From Bacteroidales bacterium (GTDB lineage: Bacteria > Bacteroidota > Bacteroidia > Bacteroidales > BM520), in assembly GCA_028701815.1 (NCBI GenBank), contig JAQVPY010000002.1, forward strand, positions 1 through 30,338: a stretch of DNA of 30,338 bases. Direction: 5' to 3'. The position numbers were made by a program, and so were the translations under genes. Of this stretch, positions 1 to 9,600 are shown piece by piece. Each line of letters starts with the position of its first letter. The first letter of the stretch is position 1. The notes under the pieces were generated by a model. The model was not told the origin of the DNA. It searched no databases and worked only from the letters and a program-made list of their open reading frames with translations.

Positions 1-1
1 A

Positions 2-91
2 GGAATAACCCTGCGCCAGGCAGCTCTGAAACTCCGCTACGTCTCTGCCGAAGAATTCGATGAGATAGTACGCCCCGAAAAAATGTGCTGA
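2..91 (+). CDS. fumC: 3' end (partial) of class II fumarate hydratase; AspA is the less likely alternative
   Basis: Not in the ORF track. The frame from nt 2 reads GITLRQAALKLRYVSAEEFDEIVRPEKMC* (TGA 89-91). This matches the FumC C-terminal pattern TL..AA..LGY...EEFD..VRPE.M. Only 29 codons are visible. Confidence 0.7.
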   Translation, partial: GITLRQAALKLRYVSAEEFDEIVRPEKMC

Positions 92-93
92 CT

Positions 94-1872
94 ATGAAAA
101 AATTATTCCTGATACTCACACTCATCCTCACCTTCTCTTTGGCGTTTGCGCAACAGGAAACCGTAGACGCTACGTGGGAGTCTATTAAACAACACGGCTA
201 CCCCGAATGGTTCTCCGACGCGAAACTCGGCATCTTTATCCATTGGGGACTCTATTCCGTGCCTTCTTTCTGCGGACCCGAAAGCTACGGAGAATGGTAC
301 TATAGAGGCCTCATGACCGGAGACTCCGCAAGAATAGCCTTTCAGAAAAAGAATTATGGGGAAGACTTTGAATATAAGGACTTTAATAACATGTTTAAAG
401 CCGAACTCTTTGATGCCGACGAATGGGCGGACCTGTTTAATCGCAGTGGCGCTAAATATGTGGTGCTCGTAACTAAACACCACGACGGATATTGTCTGTG
501 GGACAGCAAATACGCACCCGAATGGAATAGCGTTACAGGCGGCCCCCACCGTGATATCGTCGGAGAACTTACAGAAGCTGTCAGAGCTCAAGGTCTTAAA
601 ATGGGATTCTATTATTCTCTTCCCGAATGGACAAATCCTAAACATATATGGATGGAAGACCCTAATGATTCTATTACCAATTATGTTGAAACTCACATGA
701 TCCCGCAATTTAAGGAACTCATCTCTACTTATAAGCCCTCGTTGCTCTTTGCCGACGGCGAATGGTATAATACTGCCGAACAATGGCACGCAAGAGAACT
801 TATCTCTTGGTATTATAACCTTGTGGGTGATGAGGCAATCGTCAACGACAGGTGGGGCTATGGCTCCGATTATGGCTTCAGAACACCGGAATATAGCGCC
901 GGAATAACACAAACCGACAGACCATGGGCGGAATGCCGCGGACTCGGTCGCTCTTTCGGATTTAACAGAGCCGAACCCCTCGAGAACTATATATCCTCCG
1001 ATCTTCTTATCCGTCACTTCGTGAAATTAGTGGCCGCAGGAGGAGGGATGACCCTGAATGTCGGACCCGCCGCCGATGGACAAATACCGCTCCTGCAACA
1101 GGAACGCCTCGTCCAACTCGGCGAATGGCTCAAAATTAATGGCGAAGCTGTCTATGCTACCCGTCCGTATTCAAAATTCTATGAGGAAAAAGATGTTGTC
1201 GTGGAAAGAATAGATAAGGAGATAAATTTCGACTGGGTGCGAAATTCTCCCGACCCATCAATAAGCTGCGACAACTTCTCCGCTGTGTGGACAGGCTATA
1301 TCACTCCCGAATTCTCCGAAGATTATACCTTTGAAGTGGAAGTAGATGATGCAGCAACTGTTAAAATCGACGGAAAAACAATAATAGATTATAACCCCGA
1401 CCTCGCTAACGCTCCGGAAAGTAATGCGCAGGAAACGGAAAAATATAAAATTACCAAAGGGAAAATTCTGCTGAAAGAAGGGAAAAAATATCCCATAGTA
1501 GTCACTTACTATGAAAAAATCCACCAGGCCTCAATAAAACTCTTCTGGCAGTCACAGTTGCAGAAACGAGAAATCGTTCCGGAAAAAGCGCTGTCCGTTT
1601 TGGCTGTTTATTCCTGCCGCCAGCCATATATATGCTATACCGCTAAGGATGATGATATCTATGCTGTTGCCTTGGATTACCCACAGGAGAAACTGGTGCT
1701 GAATATTCCTAAAGTTAAAAAAAACACGGAGATAACAATGCTCGGATGTGATAAAATACTTCCATGGAAATATAAAAACGGACAACTGATAATTGATACC
1801 GGCAGCATTCAATATGACGATATTAAAAGTACTGCTGCGTGGTCGTTCAAAATAAAACAAACGGGAAATTAA
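94..1872 (+). CDS. Alpha-L-fucosidase (GH29) with Sec signal peptide and inserted PA14 domain
   Basis: GH29 motifs WF.DAKLGIFIHWGLYSVP, KHHDGYCLW, nucleophile region LFADGEW, IVNDRWG, WAECRGLGRSFG, LNVGP..DG.IP and GEWL..NGEA.Y.TRP. The ATG at 94 (MKKLFLILTLILTFSLAFAQ) is preferred over the track start at 85, which overlaps fumC. PA14-like segment at about 1200-1590. Confidence 0.93.
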   Translation: MKKLFLILTLILTFSLAFAQQETVDATWESIKQHGYPEWFSDAKLGIFIHWGLYSVPSFCGPESYGEWYYRGLMTGDSARIAFQKKNYGEDFEYKDFNNMFKAELFDADEWADLFNRSGAKYVVLVTKHHDGYCLWDSKYAPEWNSVTGGPHRDIVGELTEAVRAQGLKMGFYYSLPEWTNPKHIWMEDPNDSITNYVETHMIPQFKELISTYKPSLLFADGEWYNTAEQWHARELISWYYNLVGDEAIVNDRWGYGSDYGFRTPEYSAGITQTDRPWAECRGLGRSFGFNRAEPLENYISSDLLIRHFVKLVAAGGGMTLNVGPAADGQIPLLQQERLVQLGEWLKINGEAVYATRPYSKFYEEKDVVVERIDKEINFDWVRNSPDPSISCDNFSAVWTGYITPEFSEDYTFEVEVDDAATVKIDGKTIIDYNPDLANAPESNAQETEKYKITKGKILLKEGKKYPIVVTYYEKIHQASIKLFWQSQLQKREIVPEKALSVLAVYSCRQPYICYTAKDDDIYAVALDYPQEKLVLNIPKVKKNTEITMLGCDKILPWKYKNGQLIIDTGSIQYDDIKSTAAWSFKIKQTGN

Positions 1873-1884
1873 ATAATATAACAG

Positions 1885-2577
1885 ATGAAAAATATAGTGG
1901 TATTAACCGGTGCCGGCATCAGTGCCGAAAGCGGAGTGCCTACCTTTAGAGACTCCGACGGCTTGTGGTGCAATTATCACGTGGAAGATGTCGCAACCCA
2001 CGAAGCATGGGAAAGAAACCCTCAACTTGTAAACGATTTTTATAACCAGCGGAGAAAACAACTATATGAAGTTGAACCTAACGCAGCACATTATGCTCTC
2101 GTAAAACTTGAGGATTGTTATAATGTTACCGTCGTGACTCAAAATATTGACGATTTACACGAACGGGCAGGCTCCAAAAACATCATCCACCTTCATGGCG
2201 AATTGAAAAAGGTTAGAAGTACCAAAGACCCCGACCTGATATACGATTTAGACGGCTGGGAACTGAAATATGGTACAAAATGCGAGCTCGGCTCTATCCT
2301 GCGACCCCATATCGTGTTCTTTAACGAGGCTGTCCCTAATATGGAACCCGCAATGCGCGCTACTGAAAAAGCCGATATTATTATCGTAATAGGAACTTCT
2401 TTGCAGGTCTATCCTGCCGCCTCACTGCTATATTACGCTCCTCCCGACCTCAAAAAATATCTCGTCGACCCGAAGGCTGAAGTCCAATACCCCGTCACTC
2501 ATCTGACAATCCTGAGAGAAAAAGCTACCCTCGGCGTGCCTCAAGTAGTGGAAACTCTTTTAAATGATGCGAAATGA
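1885..2577 (+). CDS. cobB: NAD-dependent protein deacylase (sirtuin, class III-like)
   Basis: Motifs LTGAGISAESG.PTFR, TQNIDDLHERAG, HLHGEL, LRPHIVFF and IGTSLQVYPAA. FYNQRR matches the YxxR motif of class III enzymes. Confidence 0.93.
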   Translation: MKNIVVLTGAGISAESGVPTFRDSDGLWCNYHVEDVATHEAWERNPQLVNDFYNQRRKQLYEVEPNAAHYALVKLEDCYNVTVVTQNIDDLHERAGSKNIIHLHGELKKVRSTKDPDLIYDLDGWELKYGTKCELGSILRPHIVFFNEAVPNMEPAMRATEKADIIIVIGTSLQVYPAASLLYYAPPDLKKYLVDPKAEVQYPVTHLTILREKATLGVPQVVETLLNDAK

Positions 2578-2990
2578 ACGACGCGCTTTTTGAAAAGGTG
2601 GCGGGCATCTGTGCCAGAAAAGAAATGTGCGAGTATGACGTGAGAAAATACCTCGCTAAATTTAAGTCCCTTCTCGAAGAAGAGAATAATGAAATTGTCG
2701 CCAAATTGAAGACAGGCGGTTTTATTGATGAGTATAGATATGCAACGTCTTTTGCAAATGATGCTTATAAATATAATAAGTGGGGAAAATACAAAATAAT
2801 ATTTGTGCTACGCGGCAAAGGAATACCTGAAATAGCCATTTCATCTGCTATTGCAGCTATTGACGAAGAATTGTACGGGAAGATTAAAAAGGAACTTGCC
2901 GAAACAAAACGAAAATCTTTAGCCGCCGACGACCCTCAGCGGGAAAAGAAGGTTAAGGCTTATATGTATGGTAGGGGATTTGTTGAGTAG
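2574..2990 (+). CDS. recX: RecX family regulatory protein
   Basis: Motifs C..KE.CEYDVRKYL, L...GFIDEYRYA.SF..D, KWGKYKI...LR.KGI and terminal ..RGF. ATGA overlap with cobB. Confidence 0.8.
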   Translation: MNDALFEKVAGICARKEMCEYDVRKYLAKFKSLLEEENNEIVAKLKTGGFIDEYRYATSFANDAYKYNKWGKYKIIFVLRGKGIPEIAISSAIAAIDEELYGKIKKELAETKRKSLAADDPQREKKVKAYMYGRGFVE

Positions 2991-3007
2991 CATTCAACTA
3001 AAATGAT

Positions 3008-3015
3008 TATATTTG
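3008..3015 (+). promoter_or_regulatory. Bacteroidota sigma-A -7 element upstream of ruvA-sprA
   Basis: TATATTTG fits TAnnTTTG and lies 25 nt before the ruvA ATG. No convincing -33 box at consensus spacing. Confidence 0.6.
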
Positions 3016-3040
3016 CAGGTTGAAATAAATACTTGTTTAG

Positions 3041-3625
3041 ATGTACGAATATATTTCAGGAAAACTTGTTTACTGTAACCCGAGTTATGCAGTAATCGAC
3101 TGTAATGGATTGGGTTATAATATACAGATTTCCCTAAACACATATACTGCGATCAAGGACAAACAGGAGGTGAAGCTCTTCCTTTATCATATTGTGCGAG
3201 AAGATGTAGAACTGCTGTTCGGATTTTTTGATAATAAGGAGCGTATTTTGTTTAAATATCTGATTTCAGTGTCCGGTGTCGGCGCAAATACTGCACGTAT
3301 TATCCTTTCTTCTATGACTGCTCCGGAATTGTATTCCACAATAGTCAATGGCGACAGCAAGAGATTAAAGGCTGTTAAAGGCATAGGAGAGAAAACGGCT
3401 CAGAGAATAGTTGTCGATTTATCGGATAAATTGTTAAAAGAAGATTTTGCTGTTGACATATCCCAGGTTTTGCACAATAATTCTGCAAATGAAGCGTTAT
3501 CAGCTTTAGCTGTCCTCGGTTTCCCGAAGTCTGTTATTGAGAAAGCCCTCAAAAAAGTTGTCGAGGCTAAAGGAAGCGAACTCACCGTGGAAGAATTGGT
3601 GAAAGAGACATTGAGAATAATGTAA
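3041..3625 (+). CDS. ruvA: Holliday junction branch migration protein RuvA
   Basis: MYEYISGKL start, LFLYHIVRED..LLFGF, LISVSGVGANTA..ILS, VKGIGEKTAQRIVVDL and the C-terminal EALSAL..LGF domain. Confidence 0.97.
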   Translation: MYEYISGKLVYCNPSYAVIDCNGLGYNIQISLNTYTAIKDKQEVKLFLYHIVREDVELLFGFFDNKERILFKYLISVSGVGANTARIILSSMTAPELYSTIVNGDSKRLKAVKGIGEKTAQRIVVDLSDKLLKEDFAVDISQVLHNNSANEALSALAVLGFPKSVIEKALKKVVEAKGSELTVEELVKETLRIM

Positions 3626-3646
3626 TTGGTTAGTAATTAAGATGTT

Positions 3647-6600
3647 TTGAAAAGAATATTATTAAAATATTTTGCAGCGTTTTTTCTTGTTGCGGTTGCA
3701 ATAATGCCGAAAAGCATTATTGCCGCTGACAATAATTCCTTTTTAACAGCTCCTCAAGAGCCGGATTCTCTTCTTCCCTTCCCGTTTAAAGACGATAACG
3801 GACTATCCCCGAACAGAGGCAGAAATCCCCTCTATCTTAATGACCCTTCAAATATCACTACTACTATAGAATATGATCCCGTGACAAACTCTTATGTGCT
3901 TAAGAAAAAAATAGGTGATATCGACTATAGGGATCCATATTATTTCGACTTCGAGGATTATCGAGAGTTCGATTTCCAAAAAGGGCTCAATGACTACTGG
4001 AGAGAACGTTCTTCAGTGGCCGGCGCTGACGAACGTACAGGCTTGATACCGACAATTAATATCAGAAGCGAGGCCTTCGATAGAATCTTCGGCTCAAATA
4101 CTATCGATATTCGCCCCCAGGGAACAGCAGAATTGCGCTTTGGCGTACTTCGTACTTATCGGGAAGACCAAAATCTTGACGTCCGTCAACGTAAGATGAC
4201 CAGCTTCGACTTTCACCTCTCTCTGCAGATGAGCGTGATGGCTAAAATAGGAGAAAAAATTCAGTTTAACCTCAACTATAATAACGAGGCACTCAACCTT
4301 GAACTTGATAACGATTTTAAACTCGCTTATGAAGGCGATGAGGACGAAATACTTCAACTTATCGAGGCAGGTAATGTTACCATGCCCATTAACAGCAGCC
4401 TTATTACCGGCAGCCAAACGCTGTTCGGTATCAAAACCAAACTGCAGTTCGGCAGACTGACACTCACCGGAATCGTCGCCAAACAAAATTCTACAGCCTC
4501 GTCTATAACTGTAGAGGGCGGCGCTCAAAATACCGAGTTCAAGATAAAATCTTCCGAATATGACGAAAACAGACACTTCTTCCTGTCGCAGTATTTCAGA
4601 GATAACTATGAGGCCAGCCTCGCTTCTCTCCCTATTATCACTTCTAACGTAAATATTACTAAAATAGAAGTGTGGGTTACTAACGTCGGATCGGCCGTTA
4701 CAGATAATAGAAATATCGTGGCTTTCTCCGACCTCGGCGAACACGACCCATATAACGATTTCCTGTATCCCAAAGATAATTATGCATATCCCGATAATGG
4801 CAGAAATACCTTGATGGATGCTATGGATACCACTCAGTTGAGAGATATCAACTCCGTCTATAGTTATTTAATAGGACTTCCACTCGATCTGTCTCAGGGA
4901 AGAGACTTTGAAAAAGTCGAAAGTGCCCGAAAATTATCGTCTACCGAATATACTTACAACAGCCGCCTCGGATTTATCTCTTTGAGCTCTGCACTGACGG
5001 CGGGACAGGTGCTCGCAGTTGCATTCCAATATACCGTTAATGATGAGGTTTATCAGGTGGGCGAGTTTTCAGACCAGGGTATCACAACTCCTAAGAGTAT
5101 TGTGGTGAAATTGTTGAGAAGTACTAGCATTGATACCCGTCATCCTATGTGGAACCTGATGATGAAAAACGTATATGCCCTCAATGCTTATCAGGTCGAG
5201 CGCAGCGACTTTATCCTGAATATCCTTTATTCCGGAAACGAAAACGGAGTGGCCTCCGGATATTTTAACGAGGGACCGGAAGGTATTAAGGGCGTCTCCC
5301 TTTTGAAACTTTTCAGACTTGACTCCCTCGACTCGCAACAGAATCCTATTGAAGGCGGTGACGGTATCTTCGACTTTATAGACGGTGCGGCTACAAGTGG
5401 CGGTACCATACAGTCCGCTAACGGTCGCGTGTTTTTCCCCGTGCTCGAACCGTTTGGCTCATATCTGCACGAAATACTGCCGACAAGTATGGCGGGTAAA
5501 TATGCCTACGACTCTCTTTATACCCAGACAAAAACAAATGCTAAACAGCTGACGGCAAAAGATAAGTTTCTGCTGTCGGGATATTATGCGTCCTCCAGCG
5601 GTGCCGAAATCAACCTTAATGCTTATAATGTGCCCGAAGGCTCTGTCGTAGTGACTGCTGGCGGCGCAACCCTCGTCGAAAATGTCGACTATACCGTCGA
5701 TTATGTCTTCGGACGTGTTACTATCATAAACGAGGGAATCTTGAACTCCGGCGTGAGCATTAATGTCTCTACCGAGAGCACCTCACTGACCTCAAGTATG
5801 CAGACCCAAGCCCTCCTCGGATTGCGTGCCGATTATCTCTTCAGTGAACATTTGAACCTCGGTGCTACCCTGATGCACTTGCGAGAAACACCCCTCACGA
5901 CCAAAGTGGCTTACGGCGACGAGCCTATTGCTAATACTATCTGGGGACTGGATCTGCAGTTTCAAAAAGAACTGCCGTTTATTACTAAAGTTATCGACGC
6001 TCTACCGGTTATCAGCACTAAAGCTCCTTCAGTGGTCAGCGCACAGGCAGAATTTGCCCAGTTTGTACCCGGACACCCAAAGTCTATCGGCTCCTCCGGA
6101 AATTCCTATATCGATGATTTCGAGTCAGCTAAACAGTCTATTAACCTCTCCGCAGTGGGAAATTGGTTTCTCTCTTCCACACCATCTTATTTTCCCGAAG
6201 CCTCTTCCGGCGACCTCAGCTATGGCTTTCGCCGCGCTAAACTCGCATGGTATATCATAGACCCCCTGTTCTATGGATCAGCTATTCCCTCAAATATCAC
6301 TATGGCCGAAATATCTAACCATTATGTGAGACCTGTGCGCCAAACGGAACTCTTCCCACAGTCAGAAGCCGATAACAACGTGGAAGTGAACCTCTCAGTA
6401 TTTAACCTCGCCTATTATCCGGACGAAAGAGGCCCATATAACTATAATGTCGATGACCTTAAAGAAGATGGTACCCTCGAACACCCCGAAGATAAATGGG
6501 GCGGAATAATGCGCAAAATGGAAAGTACCGACTTTGAAGCTAATAATATCGAGTATATCGAATTCTGGCTTATGGACCCATTCCTCGATCCTGACGACGA

Positions 6601-9600
6601 CGGTAATGAGGTGCCTATGAATACTAAAGGCGGTAAACTTATCTTCCACCTCGGAGATATCTCCGAAGATATCCTGAAAGACGGAAGAAAAAGTTATGAA
6701 CAGGGGCTACCTGTCGATGCTAACGTGAAAAATGTAGATACTACCATCTGGGGACGCGTGCCTACCCTCCAGGCTCTTATCTATTCCTTCGATTCCGACC
6801 CCGCCGCTAGACCTTATCAGGATATCGGCTACGACGGACTCTGCAGTACCCGCGAAAATGTTAATGAAGAATACTCGTTCTTTAAAACTTCCTATATCGA
6901 TAAAATAGCCGCGAAATTTAATGGCTCTACTACCTCTACGGCTTATCTTAATGCAGTTAACGACCCCTCCGCTGACGACTACCACTATTTTAGAGGCTCC
7001 GACTATGATGCCGATAACGCATATTCAAGCATACTCGCAAGATATAAACAATATAACAGCCCTGAAGGAAACTCCTGCGCCCAGGAAAATACCCCCGAGG
7101 CTTACGATATCTCCGCTACCTCAATTCCTAACATGGAGGATATTAATAACGATAATACCCTCAATGAAAGCGAAAAATTCTATGAGTATGTCGTTAACCT
7201 TAACCCTAATGGTATGGTCGAAGGCGAAAATTATATCACAGACGTCTATACCGCCAATAATATCGCCCTGAAAAACGGTACCCGCAGTAGTGTTACATGG
7301 TACCAGTTTAAAATACCTATCAATCAACCTGATGCGGTCTATGGAGTTATCTCCGACTTTACATCTATCCGCTTTATGAGAGTCTGCCTGACCGAATTTG
7401 AAGAACCTGTAGTGCTTCGCTTCGGCTCTTTTGAACTCGTAAAAGGCGACTGGAGAAGATATGAAGACGACCTCCTCGCCCCGGGTGAATATATCCCGAC
7501 TAACTCCGCTAACCAAACAGCCTTCGACGTTTTTACTGTCAGCCTCGAGGAAAACGGAAGTACCTCCGAAAGAGTCCCGTATGTTATCCCCCCCGGAATT
7601 ACAAGAGAAAGAGACTATAGTACTACTAACCAGGCACAACAAGACGAACAGTCAATGGCTATCTCCGTAAACGACCTCGTCGACGGCGACGCAAGAGGAG
7701 CTTATAAAACCTGTAGCTTCGACTTCCGTAATTATAAAAACCTTAAAATGTTCGTCCACGCCCATGCAGACGACGAAGCCGGTAATAATAAATATGCTAA
7801 TACCTCCGGCGCCGTTACCGTGTTTATTCGCTTCGGTAGCGACCTCACTGAAAACTATTATGAATACGAAGTGCCCGTTACCCTAACCCCCTGGGGAACT
7901 ACTATCGCTAATGACGAGGCAATATGGATGGATGATAACGAGATAAATATCGAATTCGAAAAAATTATCCAGGCTAAAAAGAATCGTAAAGAGGCTATGT
8001 CAAATGAAAATTCTACCGTCTCTACTCTCTACCCATATTCCGAAATGGACGGCAAAAATAAAATTACTATCCTCGGAACACCAAATATCAGCGACGTAAA
8101 CGCTATCCTTATCGGAGTCAGAAACCCGAAACAAACCTCCGCATCCGTTAATGACGACGGACTGCCTATGTCTGTAGAAGTGTGGGTGAACGAACTTAGA
8201 CTCTCTAACTTCAATGAAAGCGCCGGCTGGGCCGCTACCGCAACCCTCTCCGCCAACCTCGCTGACCTCGGTAATGTGTCTGTCTCCGGCGATTACTCAA
8301 CTCCCGGATTCGGCGGTATTGCTACTAGCGTTAGCCAACGCTCTCAGGAAACTGTGTCGAATTTCTATACATCCGTTAATATCGACGCAGGTAAATTCCT
8401 GCCCGAAAAAACAGGTATTAAAATCCCTGTTCATTTCGACTACTCCGAAGAAGTGTCTACCCCTGAATATGACCCCCTCGACCCCGACGTTTATCTAAAA
8501 GAACAACTCGCTAACCTCGAAGGCGAGGAAAAACAAAACTATAAAAATAAAACACAAGATATCTCCCGTAAAACTAATGTTAACTTTATTAACGTAAGAA
8601 AAGAAAAAACTGCCGCAGATACCAAAAAACCTCACTTCTGGGATATAGAAAATATCGACCTCTCTTACGCCTTCTCTAAAACGGAAGAAAGCGATATTGA
8701 TATCGAATACTATAATAAAATTATCCATACCGCTGGACTCGGATATTCCTATAACGCTAACCCTAAAAATATTAAACCGTTCTCTAAAGCTAAATTCCTC
8801 CGCTCTAAATACCTGTCACTTATTAGAGACTTTAACTTCTATTATGAACCTAAATCAATGTCGTTTAGAACAAATATGGATAAAAATTATATCGAAAAAC
8901 TCCTCCGTAATAAAACCGACGACGATATAATACTTAAACCTACCGTCTCTAAACAATGGAACTGGAATAGAAACTACGTCTTTAAATATGACTTCGCTAC
9001 CTCCCTTAAATTCGACTATGCAGCCAATGTGGCTACTTATATCGACGAACCGGCAGGCCTCGTGACAGATAAAGAAACTTATAAACAGGAGGTCTGGAAA
9101 TCCGTTAAAGACTTCGGAAGAATGAATACCTTCTACCAAACAGCCGGACTTAACTGGACTGTGCCTATTAATAAAATACCTCTGCTCGAATGGATTAATA
9201 TGACGGCTAAATATGACGTCTCCTACAGATGGGCGGCAAGCTCCCTCGCTGTCAGAGAAACACTCGGAAATACCGTCGAAAATACAGCTAATACTACCGT
9301 TACTACTTCCTTGCGACTTACTAACCTGTATAATAAAATTCCTTATATCAAAAACCTTACTAAATCTTCCGGGACTAAACAAAAGCCGAAACCTAAACCG
9401 CGTCTTAATGATACAGTTCAAACAGCTAAACCGAAAGTTAACTATGGAAAAATTATCGGCGACGGCGCACTGAAAATTATCTTCGGACTTAAAGATGTCA
9501 GTCTCTCTTATCAGGGCTCCGAAGGTACCCTTATTCCCGGATTCTATCCCGAACCCGATAACTTTGGCTATAACTGGAAAAGTAAGGCCCCCACATGGGG

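Noticed and set aside
103-1017. Long antisense ORFs such as 103..1017, 4094..4744, 7121..7642, 8855..9829, 10064..10783, 25675..26214 and 26515..27183
   Set aside because: They lie entirely opposite well-supported genes and have no recognisable motifs. Low use of TTA, CTA and TCA codons on the sense strand would remove reverse-strand stops and produce such shadow ORFs.
2980-3040. SOS/LexA-type operator before ruvA (TTCAAC at 2993 ... GTTGAA at 3019)
   Set aside because: The arms are only 6 bp with a 20-nt spacer in AT-rich DNA, and the motif is not repeated before thiL-uvrC.
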